Source: an uncultured virus (IMG/VR IMGVR_UViG_3300032116_000117) (Duplodnaviria; Heunggongvirae; Uroviricota; Caudoviricetes). From it: DNA of 64,000 bases. Below, in pieces: positions 10,117 through 19,437 of the stretch. Location: the IMG/VR virus record IMGVR_UViG_3300032116_000117, positions 1 to 64,000 of that record; one strand, written 5' to 3'. Under the pieces are notes generated by a model that made no database searches, had not been told where the DNA came from, and was given only the letters and a program-made list of their open reading frames with translations. Each line of letters opens with the position of its first letter. Within the stretch, counting starts at the first letter, position 1. Both the position numbers and the translations under genes were made by a program.

Positions 10117-11755
10117 ATTGTATATAATCTTCCTGTGTGAGCAAATGAGAATCTATTCTGCCAATTTCTGCTTGATTGTGATTATGAATCATACTATTGA
10201 TGTTGTCTATCATATCATTAATTGAAAATGGTTTGAGTTCCGCTCCATTTGCAACAAAACCATTTTGTACGCATTGAATTTGCTTTAAAATCCAATAGTC
10301 ACTAATTTTTAGTCCTATATTATCTAGTACTGATTTTTTGATAGTATAAATTATTTCATAAGCATCATTTACTTTAGGTAAATTATTCTTATCTATTTTT
10401 GATACAAAAACTGGGGTTGAATTCCATGACTTTTCATATTTATTAATGTTTATAGTGTCTATATATTTTATCCATTTTTCTACAGAATGTTTCCAACTAT
10501 AATGGTTTTCTGTTAATTGTCTAGTCTTAAATCCTTTTTGTTTTCTTATTGCTTCGGGCTGGTTCACAAGCTGCAATAACTGAGAGACTAAAGAATTTTG
10601 ATTTGGATAAACTCTCATAGCAGATGTTTCTAGTTCTTTAAAATAACATCCAACTTCTATTGGATAAGCATTGACTTTATTAATTACGTCTTCCATAGCG
10701 CTATATTTCACTGTTACAACTGGTACTCCACATGCTGATGCTTCTATTTGAGGCATACCAAATCCTTCGCATATAGAATATTGTACATATATATCAAACA
10801 TCCCAATAATTTTTGCTAAAATTGATTCGTCCACAGCATTAGAAACATTTGGAACAACAGCAGACTTCTGCTTACACTTATAGCATATTTGTGAGTGTCC
10901 AGATAAATTTGAGGCAAAAATGGCTGAACAATTTTTACATAAATATGTGAAAAAGATTTTATTACTAAATTCACTATCTTTTATAAGATTGGCCATGTCC
11001 CATCCCATATCAGGATAACTGGTATGCAGATATAGAATAGTATTGTGATATTTTTCAGATCCTGAATTTTTTAGCTCTCTTAATAAGAGCTCAAAACCTT
11101 TAATTAATTCTGGGAATAGCTTTCTCTTCTGATTTCTCATAACTGTGCCAATAACAGTACAGTTTGGATCTAATTTTAGCATATTTTTAATTTCGGCAGT
11201 ATTTGTTAGAGGAGAAAAAATATTTAGATCAGCACCAGGAGATACTGTGTCTATATATTTAATTGTGTTCGAAGTTTGTTTCATTAAAACTTCTTTTCCC
11301 CAATCCGAATATGTAAAGATTGCATCGGCATCAATATAAGTATCGAGCCACTCTTCTTGCTGTGGATAAGAATCAATAGTTGGCATCAATATCCAATGGA
11401 AATTTTTTCGCAATGGGGATCTTTTCTGATAGGAACTCATCCAATAATCTCTAACATCAATAACAATATGAGGCTTAAAATCTAATAAAACTCTGTCAAA
11501 ACGCCACCGTCCAAAATGGTTTTCTGGAGTAGAATTATATTCATTAATTCTTGGATCATTAGAATGAACAGCATTTGGATAATATTTCCATGGTATTTTA
11601 TGAGCCTCTTTATCTCCTATTAATCCATAAGAAGCAAATTCTGCTATATCATATTTATTAGTCTTATAAAGACCATCTAAAAGATATCTATTGTAAACAC
11701 CGAATCCGGAAGAAACTTTTGAAGATTCAGAACAAACTAGAATTTTTGGTTTCAT
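10100..11755 (-). CDS. Glycosyltransferase, GT4 family
   Basis: SGFG; VMRNQKRK; FDIYVQYSICEGFGMPQIEASACGVPV. Confidence 0.88.
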   Translation of the reverse strand: MKPKILVCSESSKVSSGFGVYNRYLLDGLYKTNKYDIAEFASYGLIGDKEAHKIPWKYYPNAVHSNDPRINEYNSTPENHFGRWRFDRVLLDFKPHIVIDVRDYWMSSYQKRSPLRKNFHWILMPTIDSYPQQEEWLDTYIDADAIFTYSDWGKEVLMKQTSNTIKYIDTVSPGADLNIFSPLTNTAEIKNMLKLDPNCTVIGTVMRNQKRKLFPELIKGFELLLRELKNSGSEKYHNTILYLHTSYPDMGWDMANLIKDSEFSNKIFFTYLCKNCSAIFASNLSGHSQICYKCKQKSAVVPNVSNAVDESILAKIIGMFDIYVQYSICEGFGMPQIEASACGVPVVTVKYSAMEDVINKVNAYPIEVGCYFKELETSAMRVYPNQNSLVSQLLQLVNQPEAIRKQKGFKTRQLTENHYSWKHSVEKWIKYIDTININKYEKSWNSTPVFVSKIDKNNLPKVNDAYEIIYTIKKSVLDNIGLKISDYWILKQIQCVQNGFVANGAELKPFSINDMIDNINSMIHNHNQAEIGRIDSHLLTQEDYIQYANIA

Positions 11756-11762
11756 AAAATTG

Positions 11763-11797
11763 AAAAAAGATAAGGGGCTTATTCAGCCCCATTATCT
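11763..11797 (-). terminator. Rho-independent terminator after ssb
   Basis: Minus strand AGATAATGGGGCT-GAATA-AGCCCCTTATCT followed by a T tract. Confidence 0.8.
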
Positions 11798-11819
11798 CTT
11801 TTTATAGTCCTTATTATTA

Positions 11820-12191
11820 TCAGAAAGCGACCGCTTCTGGTTCCGATTGTCTATTCTTGGAAAGCTTAGTGATCTTAGAAAAATTATTAACCCTTACTCT
11901 TAGTGTGCTATGCTTCACACCGTCTTTTTCCCAACTGTCGTTTCGCAGAGAGCCTTCTACCATAACTAGGTCGCCCTTCTTGAAAGAGTCGGCAATAATC
12001 TCTGCTCCGCTATCCCATGCCTCACAATTGATAAAAGTGGTAACCTTATCCTTGTCTCCTGATGCCTTAGTATATTCTCTAGAAACAGCAACAGTAAAAT
12101 TTACTACTGATACTGATTTTCCATTATTGCTCTCAATCTTTCGTAGTTCAGGATCTCTTGTTAAGTTACCGCGTAATAAAGTTATATTCAT
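11820..12191 (-). CDS. ssb: Single-stranded DNA-binding protein
   Basis: LRGNLTRDPELR..FTVAV..KKGDLVMVEGSL; acidic C-terminus ending in F. Confidence 0.95.
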   Translation of the reverse strand: MNITLLRGNLTRDPELRKIESNNGKSVSVVNFTVAVSREYTKASGDKDKVTTFINCEAWDSGAEIIADSFKKGDLVMVEGSLRNDSWEKDGVKHSTLRVRVNNFSKITKLSKNRQSEPEAVAF

Positions 12192-12235
12192 ATAAATTCC
12201 CCTTAATAGTTTTTAAATTCCAATACCAACACCAT

Positions 12236-12263
12236 ATTATACCTTGAGCCCAACGCAAGTCAA
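12236..12263 (-). promoter_or_regulatory. Sigma70-type promoter upstream of ssb
   Basis: TTGACT-16 nt-TATAAT. Confidence 0.7.
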
Positions 12264-13825
12264 GCCTTCGGTATAAAAGTTTTTTCTATAGACAACGAGT
12301 CTTTGTCTTTTGATCTGTTTCCTTTAACAATGATAATATTGCCTAAAAATAATTGATTTCTATATTTCCTATACGCTTCTGGAAAGTATACTATACTGTC
12401 CAATGATGCTGTACCATCGTTCAAAGTTATGAATGCCATTTCTGAACCAACACTTTTGCCCTTCTTGGTTTTGACTACTCTGATATTTTCTATTTCACCA
12501 GCTAAAATAATATTATTATTAGATGAGCATTTATTGTTCTTAAAATCTTTACAGGATGAAGAAACCATACTAATATCATACATATCAACCTTTGAGCAGG
12601 ATATGGAGCATCCTATCAGCATATTTTCTGTGTCAGCCAGCCACTCTATAGTATCTTCCAGAGAATAGGGTGGTTTTTTTAATGATTCTATAAGATTCAT
12701 TATGGTCAATTGTCTTTTTGAGGATATTTTAGACGATGATACTAGCATCTCCAAATTTTTTTGAAGGCTTTTATCTGTCTGCAAAACTTTCTGTAAATTT
12801 TCTGTTTCTTTCGCAGTTAATTCATTAAAGATATTATATTCAAACAACATTCTATTTCTATGAATCTTCAAAAAATCCAACGCCCCTGATTGTATCAGAG
12901 CTTTTGATGCTGTGCTATTGATATGACTGAATAAAAATAGATATTCCATCCATGTCATTGTTTTAAGATTGAGTTTTAAGCTTTCTATAGTATTTTTTAA
13001 CTTATCAAAAGCTGATTTTCCAACACCTTTAATGTCTGTCAATCCGAAATAGATACATTTTTTATCTAGTTCAACAAACTCATTTACCATTCTTATATCT
13101 GGATTGCAAACCACAATATTCATTTCCGTAGCATTTTGAACAAGTTCCTTTATCTCCATTTGTGGATCAATTTTATCTTTTGCAAATCTCAGATAAGAAG
13201 CAAAAAATACTCTAGCATAATGTGCTTTGGCATATGCTGAAAGATACGAATTCATAGCATAACTAATGGCGTGGCTCTTGTTAAAAGAATATCTTTGGCT
13301 TTTTTCGATCCAATTGAAAATTTCCTCCGCTTGAGACTTGTTGATTGAGCCAACTTTTTCGCATCCATCAATGAATGTAATTTTTAATTTAGCCATTTCT
13401 TCTGGCTTCTTTTTGCCAATAGCTTTTCTTAACATATCTGCTTCTTGCAAATTGAATCCCGCAATTACTCTGGCTATTTCCATTGCCTGTTCTTGATATA
13501 CCATTTCTCCATATGTTGTTTTTAAAATGGGTTCAAGAGATTCGTGGAAATAATCAACTGTTTCTAAACCATTTTTTTTATCTATATAATGATTGGTAAC
13601 ACTTTTGCCATCTCTAATTGCTTCCAAACATCCAGGACGCATAATACTAATTAATGCTGCAAGCTCCTCGATATTTGATGGCTTCAATTTTTTTGCTATA
13701 CTTCGTCCTAATCTGGACTCTAACTGAAAACATCCTTTGGTGTTTCCAGCAGATATAAGATCCCAAGTCAAAGGACACTCCAAATCCATAAGCGCAATAT
13801 CTGCATTAAATATTATTGAAGGCAT
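12260..13825 (-). CDS. dnaE: DNA polymerase III alpha, C-terminal half (fingers, HhH, OB fold)
   Basis: GCFQLES, RPG, YQEQAM, LRKAIGKK, YSFNKSHA, FGLTDIKGVG, MAFITLNDGT. Confidence 0.93.
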   Translation of the reverse strand: MPSIIFNADIALMDLECPLTWDLISAGNTKGCFQLESRLGRSIAKKLKPSNIEELAALISIMRPGCLEAIRDGKSVTNHYIDKKNGLETVDYFHESLEPILKTTYGEMVYQEQAMEIARVIAGFNLQEADMLRKAIGKKKPEEMAKLKITFIDGCEKVGSINKSQAEEIFNWIEKSQRYSFNKSHAISYAMNSYLSAYAKAHYARVFFASYLRFAKDKIDPQMEIKELVQNATEMNIVVCNPDIRMVNEFVELDKKCIYFGLTDIKGVGKSAFDKLKNTIESLKLNLKTMTWMEYLFLFSHINSTASKALIQSGALDFLKIHRNRMLFEYNIFNELTAKETENLQKVLQTDKSLQKNLEMLVSSSKISSKRQLTIMNLIESLKKPPYSLEDTIEWLADTENMLIGCSISCSKVDMYDISMVSSSCKDFKNNKCSSNNNIILAGEIENIRVVKTKKGKSVGSEMAFITLNDGTASLDSIVYFPEAYRKYRNQLFLGNIIIVKGNRSKDKDSLSIEKTFIPKA

Positions 13826-14498
13826 TCTTAAACTTTATCTTTGAGGAAAGATTTTTGTGTAACTTTAGAAATCTTAATAGAATATTTGCACAGTCTTTGA
13901 CATCTTTTAGAGCGTCGTGAGCATTTTCAGAAGATATGCTCATATATTCTCTAACATTATCTAACGAAAGACTTTTAACGTCATCAACATAAGCAAACCA
14001 ATAATATAATAAATTCATTATATCTAGAACATCTCTTGGATAAAAGATATTTGATTCTTCTTCTTTATTAGTATTTCCATATTTTTTTGCTAGTCTATGA
14101 ACAATTTTAAGATCAAATCTATTTATATTATATCCAGCCGCTATTGGTGCAGAGAATTGACTCTTTTTTGTTGTCCTACAGTGGTGTTTTTCCAGATAGT
14201 CGATAAACATTGACCATCCTTGTTTTTGAGATATTGAATCTTTCCAAGACTTTAAAATTTCTGATTGCTCACATCCTCTAACTTTAGCATGAAATCCCAG
14301 TATATCTGAATCATACGGATGGGATGGATCTTCTTCTAATTTATCTGGCTTGAGCATCAAATTAAATTCCGAATTTGGCACTACTTCTAATTTAATTGGA
14401 TCAATAATTAGTGCTGCTATCTGTACTGGACTACACACATTCGGATTCGCCCCGTCTGTTTCAAAATCGAACACACAAATTTTATTATATTGTTTCAT
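13806..14498 (-). CDS. DEDDh 3'-5' exonuclease (DnaQ/epsilon-like)
   Basis: ExoI FDFETDG, ExoII GYNINRFDL, ExoIII HDALKDV. Confidence 0.9.
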   Translation of the reverse strand: MKQYNKICVFDFETDGANPNVCSPVQIAALIIDPIKLEVVPNSEFNLMLKPDKLEEDPSHPYDSDILGFHAKVRGCEQSEILKSWKDSISQKQGWSMFIDYLEKHHCRTTKKSQFSAPIAAGYNINRFDLKIVHRLAKKYGNTNKEEESNIFYPRDVLDIMNLLYYWFAYVDDVKSLSLDNVREYMSISSENAHDALKDVKDCANILLRFLKLHKNLSSKIKFKNAFNNI

Positions 14499-14674
14499 GC
14501 TGTTTCTACTGTTACGTTCTCCAGTGGCAAAATCATAGTTTTTTCTTGAGTTTGGTTATTTATGGCATTATTTACATGACAGCAGCTAACTCTATCATCA
14601 TCTATTCTTGTATAGGAAATAGAATTGTGTATGAATTTTTCTCCAACCACAAGGTCTTTAAATTGCTTGTCCAT
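14495..14674 (-). CDS. 59-aa microprotein, not in the ORF track
   Basis: MDKQFKDLVVGEKFIHNSISYTRIDDDRVSCCHVNNAINNQTQEKTMILPLENVTVETA*; TAATG overlap with dnaE-N stop, ATGA overlap with exonuclease start, GGAG RBS. Confidence 0.8.
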   Translation of the reverse strand: MDKQFKDLVVGEKFIHNSISYTRIDDDRVSCCHVNNAINNQTQEKTMILPLENVTVETA

Positions 14675-16551
14675 TAGTTTTCTCCTTTTTGTAAGAGTTC
14701 TTGAATAGTCATTATTTTATCTAACATTGCAATACCTAGAATATCAAATTTAATAATACCTATGCTCTCTAAGTCTTGCATTTCCATACCCGCTATGGTT
14801 TGATCGTTCCTATTATCATAGACCATTGGACACATTTCGCCAAGAGGTTTGGAACTAATAGCAACACCAGCAGCGTGTTTTGATTGGTTAGTTTTTGTGC
14901 CCTCTAGTCTAATTGCCTGTTCAAATCTTTTTGACAATGGACCTATTAATTCTCCTTTATCATCTATTGAGCACCATGGCGATAAATCGTCTTGATTATT
15001 CTCTAATGCCCATCGTATAATAGATGCTTCTCCGGTTTCCTCTTTCATTTCTTGTAGTTCATCTGCAATTTTAGCTTCATCCGGAATGAACTTAGTTATA
15101 TTGTTCATTTCATCAAATGTTATATTTCCATATACTCTTAACACATCTTTTAGTGCTCCCCTTCCTTTCATTGTATTAAAAGTAATCATTTGAGAAACCT
15201 TGTCTTCCCCATATTTTTGTTTTATATATGAGATAATATCTTCTCTTTTATTGATAGGCACATCTATATCTATATCTGGCATACTAATACGATCCTTAGT
15301 ATTTCTTCCAGCATTATAGAATCTGTCAAAGATCAAATTATATCTAATTGGATCTATTGCTGTTATTCCAACCAAATACGAAACCAGACATCCAGCAGCA
15401 CTGCCTCGTCCCGGTCCGGGTAGCCACTTATTATTCCTTACATAATTAACAATATCTTGTACTATTAGAAAGTAACTGCTAAGACCAGCCCCCTGTAAAA
15501 CATCAAGTTCGTATTTGATCCTATCAACATACTGTGTTTGTTGCTCTATAGGAACTATGTCTTTGATTTTATCTCTCCAGCCATTACGGCAAAGTTGTCT
15601 CAAATATTCTGCTTGATCAAAAGAATCTGGACAATCGAATTCTGGAAGATTCGGCTTCTGATTAATCTCAAAATTCTCACATAAACTATCAACAAATTGA
15701 GTATTTTCAATTTCTTCCTCTGTGTGCAAATTATTTATTTCTTCATTACTAAGTATATGGTAATTATCAGAGATAAAAAATGTGTCCATTCCAAAATTTT
15801 CTTTATTCAATATTTTAGAATTGACATCAATAAATGTGGTCTTTAAATTATTACACAGTAATACTCTTTGATCTATAGCATCTTCTCTTTCACAATAATG
15901 AGCATCTGGAGTTGCTATGACCTTTATCTTTTTTTGTTTGGCAATTTTTCTAATACAATCAGTTACATCTTTTTGAATAGGATTATGTTCCTGATCCATT
16001 AATTGGGCTTCTAAGAAAAAATTATCTTTACCAAAAATATTTTGGAGTTTATCAATAATTGGTATAGCATTATTTTCCCAATCGTTATTTATAGTATCGT
16101 TGGTCATAATTTTATTGGCCACAACCGATCCTAAGTGGCCAGCAAATCCTATTATATTTCCATCTAGTAGTTTGCCAAGCCTATCCAAATCCAATCTTGG
16201 CTTATAATAAAATAAGTCAGATCTATTTGATTCCGATATTATCTTAATCATCGTCTGCCATCCGGTATAATTTTTGGCTAAAATTACCAAATGACTTAGA
16301 TCTCTATTAGACGAGTCTTTTATTGATGCATCATTATTAGAGATATATAATTCGCAACCTAAAATGGGTTTAATGCCAGCAGACTTCATTGTCGAATGAA
16401 ACTTAACCGTGCCAGAGATATTACCATGGTCTGTTAAAGCGCACGAAGATACTCCTATTTTATTGCATCTCTCTGCTATTTGTTGAGGTTTGCTTAATCC
16501 ATCTAGCAAAGAATAATGACTGTGAACATGCAATGGAATATATTTTTTCAT
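14674..16551 (-). CDS. dnaE: DNA polymerase III alpha, N-terminal half (PHP, palm, thumb)
   Basis: HVHSHYSLLDG, LTDHG, DAHY, GPGRGSAAG, MPDIDID, KFDILG. Confidence 0.95.
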   Translation of the reverse strand: MKKYIPLHVHSHYSLLDGLSKPQQIAERCNKIGVSSCALTDHGNISGTVKFHSTMKSAGIKPILGCELYISNNDASIKDSSNRDLSHLVILAKNYTGWQTMIKIISESNRSDLFYYKPRLDLDRLGKLLDGNIIGFAGHLGSVVANKIMTNDTINNDWENNAIPIIDKLQNIFGKDNFFLEAQLMDQEHNPIQKDVTDCIRKIAKQKKIKVIATPDAHYCEREDAIDQRVLLCNNLKTTFIDVNSKILNKENFGMDTFFISDNYHILSNEEINNLHTEEEIENTQFVDSLCENFEINQKPNLPEFDCPDSFDQAEYLRQLCRNGWRDKIKDIVPIEQQTQYVDRIKYELDVLQGAGLSSYFLIVQDIVNYVRNNKWLPGPGRGSAAGCLVSYLVGITAIDPIRYNLIFDRFYNAGRNTKDRISMPDIDIDVPINKREDIISYIKQKYGEDKVSQMITFNTMKGRGALKDVLRVYGNITFDEMNNITKFIPDEAKIADELQEMKEETGEASIIRWALENNQDDLSPWCSIDDKGELIGPLSKRFEQAIRLEGTKTNQSKHAAGVAISSKPLGEMCPMVYDNRNDQTIAGMEMQDLESIGIIKFDILGIAMLDKIMTIQELLQKGEN

Positions 16552-17585
16552 TGACCAGGAGCCTCATAATGACCAAAAGTATGGTTCTTGTGCTTGTAAT
16601 TCTTTGTTACTTCGTCTATCCCTAACAGTTCTATATCATGTTTAATTTGTTCGCATTTAGTCATTGTTGATCCTTTGGAACAAACTTGATTATTTCGATA
16701 TTCTATCGTGGGCAAAATATTAGTGTCTTCAAAAGTGGTTTTACCAAAATGACATAATTTGCTACACATCCATGTTTTTTTAAGTCTTGGCTTCTTGGTT
16801 TTCTTAATAATTTCAAATTTTTGCATTAACATTTGTTCTGTTTCTATAAGATCTTTGTCATCGAAAGACATAGAAAAGACACCCCCATCATTTATGAAAT
16901 TTATAGATACCATAAAATGTGCAATCTCAGGATACAAATGCCTTATTGCATAATGGTATATTCTTAATTGAGGATCTTTTTCCAATTTTTCTTGAGTTTT
17001 TTCTTGTCCAGTAGCCCAATCTAATCTTTTTCCAGTTTTCCAGTCTACAATCTCATAGAGATCATCGTTTACTTTTGTGATTAAATCTATTGTTCCTTTT
17101 AGTCCAAGATATCCTTCTAGTAAACCGTCTTCTGTTTTATAAGAATATTTGGCCCAAGGTTTTTCGATAATAAAATCAAAATGTTGCTCTGGTTGAACTA
17201 TGAATCTATTTCTAGGATCAAACATTCCTTTGTTGTAGTTCAAAGTTTTGTAGACCCAATTGTAACACTCCGAAAAGTCTTTGTCAACCCATTGGTGATG
17301 AGAATTGGCATTGGAATAGTGAGTATAAACCACTTTAATGATTTCGTCTAAATTATAATTAGATACATTTATTTTACCAACTATATCATCATCAATAAAT
17401 AATAATTTATCTTGTTCGGCTTTTTTAATAACCGCCAATACTTCTAATACTTTGTGGACTATGGTTCCTTTGTCTGCTTTTTTGTTAGACGGTCCTCTCC
17501 ATCCTAAAACGTATTCTAAAAAATATTGTTGCTCACACATGCTGTGTGCATTATACGAGGAACTACGGAAATATGTTATAATCAT
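16548..17585 (-). CDS. PD-(D/E)XK nuclease, RecB/Cas4-like
   Basis: GTIVHKVLE, KGTIDL, IVDWKTG, QLRIY, terminal Cys cluster. Confidence 0.85.
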   Translation of the reverse strand: MIITYFRSSSYNAHSMCEQQYFLEYVLGWRGPSNKKADKGTIVHKVLEVLAVIKKAEQDKLLFIDDDIVGKINVSNYNLDEIIKVVYTHYSNANSHHQWVDKDFSECYNWVYKTLNYNKGMFDPRNRFIVQPEQHFDFIIEKPWAKYSYKTEDGLLEGYLGLKGTIDLITKVNDDLYEIVDWKTGKRLDWATGQEKTQEKLEKDPQLRIYHYAIRHLYPEIAHFMVSINFINDGGVFSMSFDDKDLIETEQMLMQKFEIIKKTKKPRLKKTWMCSKLCHFGKTTFEDTNILPTIEYRNNQVCSKGSTMTKCEQIKHDIELLGIDEVTKNYKHKNHTFGHYEAPGQ

Positions 17586-18328
17586 TATTTTGCTGTTTCT
17601 TTTATTAGGATATCATATACCATGCCACATTGTTCTTCTATGTCTATATTTTGATTATCAATGACATAATTAAAATTTGACCAGTCGTATACATTAGGGT
17701 CCAGAGCCGTCTCTGATTTATGTTCTTCTATATTATTTTCATTGGATAATTTTCTTGTTAATCTAATAACAACTCCATTATTATTTTTTATGGCATCAAC
17801 CTCATTAGGAAAACGACAATCTGTAACAAGAGCTATATTTGGTTTGTCTTTCATTATTTTTCTGATTAAAGACTCTGGCCATATATTTGGTTTTATTGTC
17901 CTAAAAAAGTCTGTTCCAATCAATTGCATCATGTCTCTTCCAGACAATGGTTTATTATCATAACTCATATCTGTTAATTGATTTTTTTGATCATCTGTTC
18001 CATAGCATTGCTCATAACTTAAACCAAACATATCTATACAAATATCTTGTTTGAGAGGATCAGCAAAACTATAAATCTTAATATGAGAACTCAATTGCTG
18101 AATAACATCAAATATTTCTTGATCAATATATCCAATGTTATTATAGTATTTTACAATATCTACATCTATATATTCTTGATTTGTTTTTTTTATTCTTATG
18201 GTGCCATTATCCGTTAGCATAACTTCTGGAAAGATTTCTTTTCCTGCTAAGCCTATACAATATAAAAAATTTGCACATGTTGTTTTACCAGACTGTTTTT
18301 TCCCAGAAAAGCCTAAAATCAAAGTCAT
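17585..18328 (-). CDS. Deoxynucleoside monophosphate kinase
   Basis: GKKQSGKTT, SFADPLK, RDMMQLIGT, TDCRFPNE, HKSE. Confidence 0.88.
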   Translation of the reverse strand: MTLILGFSGKKQSGKTTCANFLYCIGLAGKEIFPEVMLTDNGTIRIKKTNQEYIDVDIVKYYNNIGYIDQEIFDVIQQLSSHIKIYSFADPLKQDICIDMFGLSYEQCYGTDDQKNQLTDMSYDNKPLSGRDMMQLIGTDFFRTIKPNIWPESLIRKIMKDKPNIALVTDCRFPNEVDAIKNNNGVVIRLTRKLSNENNIEEHKSETALDPNVYDWSNFNYVIDNQNIDIEEQCGMVYDILIKETAK

Positions 18329-19437
18329 AATATAATCCTTGGTGATATAATTTTTTTAATCTCTTCGACGGTCATCTCCGCAACGTCGTTTGTTTGAATC
18401 TGTATGTGATCTATGTTATATATTTTAGCACATTTTTTTTGAATTTGTTCTCTGGCTTTTATCCCAGCATCATCATTGTCCATAATTGTGATTATCTTCA
18501 TTGCTCCTGAAATGTCCAAAAGCATCTTTTGTTTATCATTAAGGTTTGCACCAAAAATAGCAACTCCATTATGTATTCCGGCCTCTTCTAATCTCCAGAC
18601 ATTGCCCGGACTTTCTACGACAACAACCACTTTTGATTGCTTTATATGATCTTTGGCGTACCAAAAATTATACAAACACTCTTCTGCTCTAAATCCTTCG
18701 CTATGTTTCCATTTTGGTTTTATATTGTCAACAATTGATCTTCCTGTGCATCCAACCATATACTCGTGGTTGGCGTCATAAATAGGAGCCACAGCACGGT
18801 TATACATCTCCTTGCCGTCTGTGATGCAGTCTCCAACGTCATATTTAATCAGTACCTCTGCCGAGAAGCCGCGATTTAAAAAATAAGGACTTGGTATCTT
18901 TAAGGCTCTTTGAATATGTTCCCTTTTGACCGTATTAGATACTTTATTTTGTTTTTGGGTTAATATATTAGTATTAGAAACAAATGATTGTTTGTCTTTT
19001 TCAACTCTAGAAACAGATATTTTAGTTGGATCTATTTTGGAAAATTCTTTAATGAAATCTAATGTTTGACCAAAAGATACAGTATCGTCTCCACTCTCTA
19101 GCCAATTCATCTCTTTATGAGATAATAAACCACGAATAAAGCCAATAATAGAACCCTTAAATATTTTTTCGCACTGATGAGTTCTACATTTCCAATTTCC
19201 TCTATATGAATCACCAATATGATATATATTTAATGCGGATGGATTGTCTCCTCCGTGTATGGGACAACACATACTATAAAATTTGCCATTATTTTTGTAG
19301 TCTAAATTAAAATAATCAAATAGATCTTCTATGTTATCACAAAGTTGATCACAGACTATCTTTAGTTTATTTTGATCAATCGAATGGTATGCTGTCTTGT
19401 TCTTCGACTGTAAATCCATTGTCTGTGTCTGTTCCAT
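18325..19437 (-). CDS. DNA primase (zinc finger plus TOPRIM, DnaG-like)
   Basis: CPIH..C..C zinc finger, VGCTGR, VVVES, MDNDDAG; start uncertain (19437 or 19419). Confidence 0.85.
   Translation of the reverse strand: MEQTQTMDLQSKNKTAYHSIDQNKLKIVCDQLCDNIEDLFDYFNLDYKNNGKFYSMCCPIHGGDNPSALNIYHIGDSYRGNWKCRTHQCEKIFKGSIIGFIRGLLSHKEMNWLESGDDTVSFGQTLDFIKEFSKIDPTKISVSRVEKDKQSFVSNTNILTQKQNKVSNTVKREHIQRALKIPSPYFLNRGFSAEVLIKYDVGDCITDGKEMYNRAVAPIYDANHEYMVGCTGRSIVDNIKPKWKHSEGFRAEECLYNFWYAKDHIKQSKVVVVVESPGNVWRLEEAGIHNGVAIFGANLNDKQKMLLDISGAMKIITIMDNDDAGIKAREQIQKKCAKIYNIDHIQIQTNDVAEMTVEEIKKIISPRIIL

Noticed and set aside
13826..14673. Intein or group I intron interrupting dnaE
   Set aside because: No intein terminal motifs, and the interval is completely filled by coupled ORFs encoding an exonuclease, not a homing endonuclease
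16548..17585. Cas4-like gene as evidence of CRISPR-Cas
   Set aside because: No repeat-spacer array or other cas genes seen; solo RecB/Cas4-like nucleases are common in phage replication blocks
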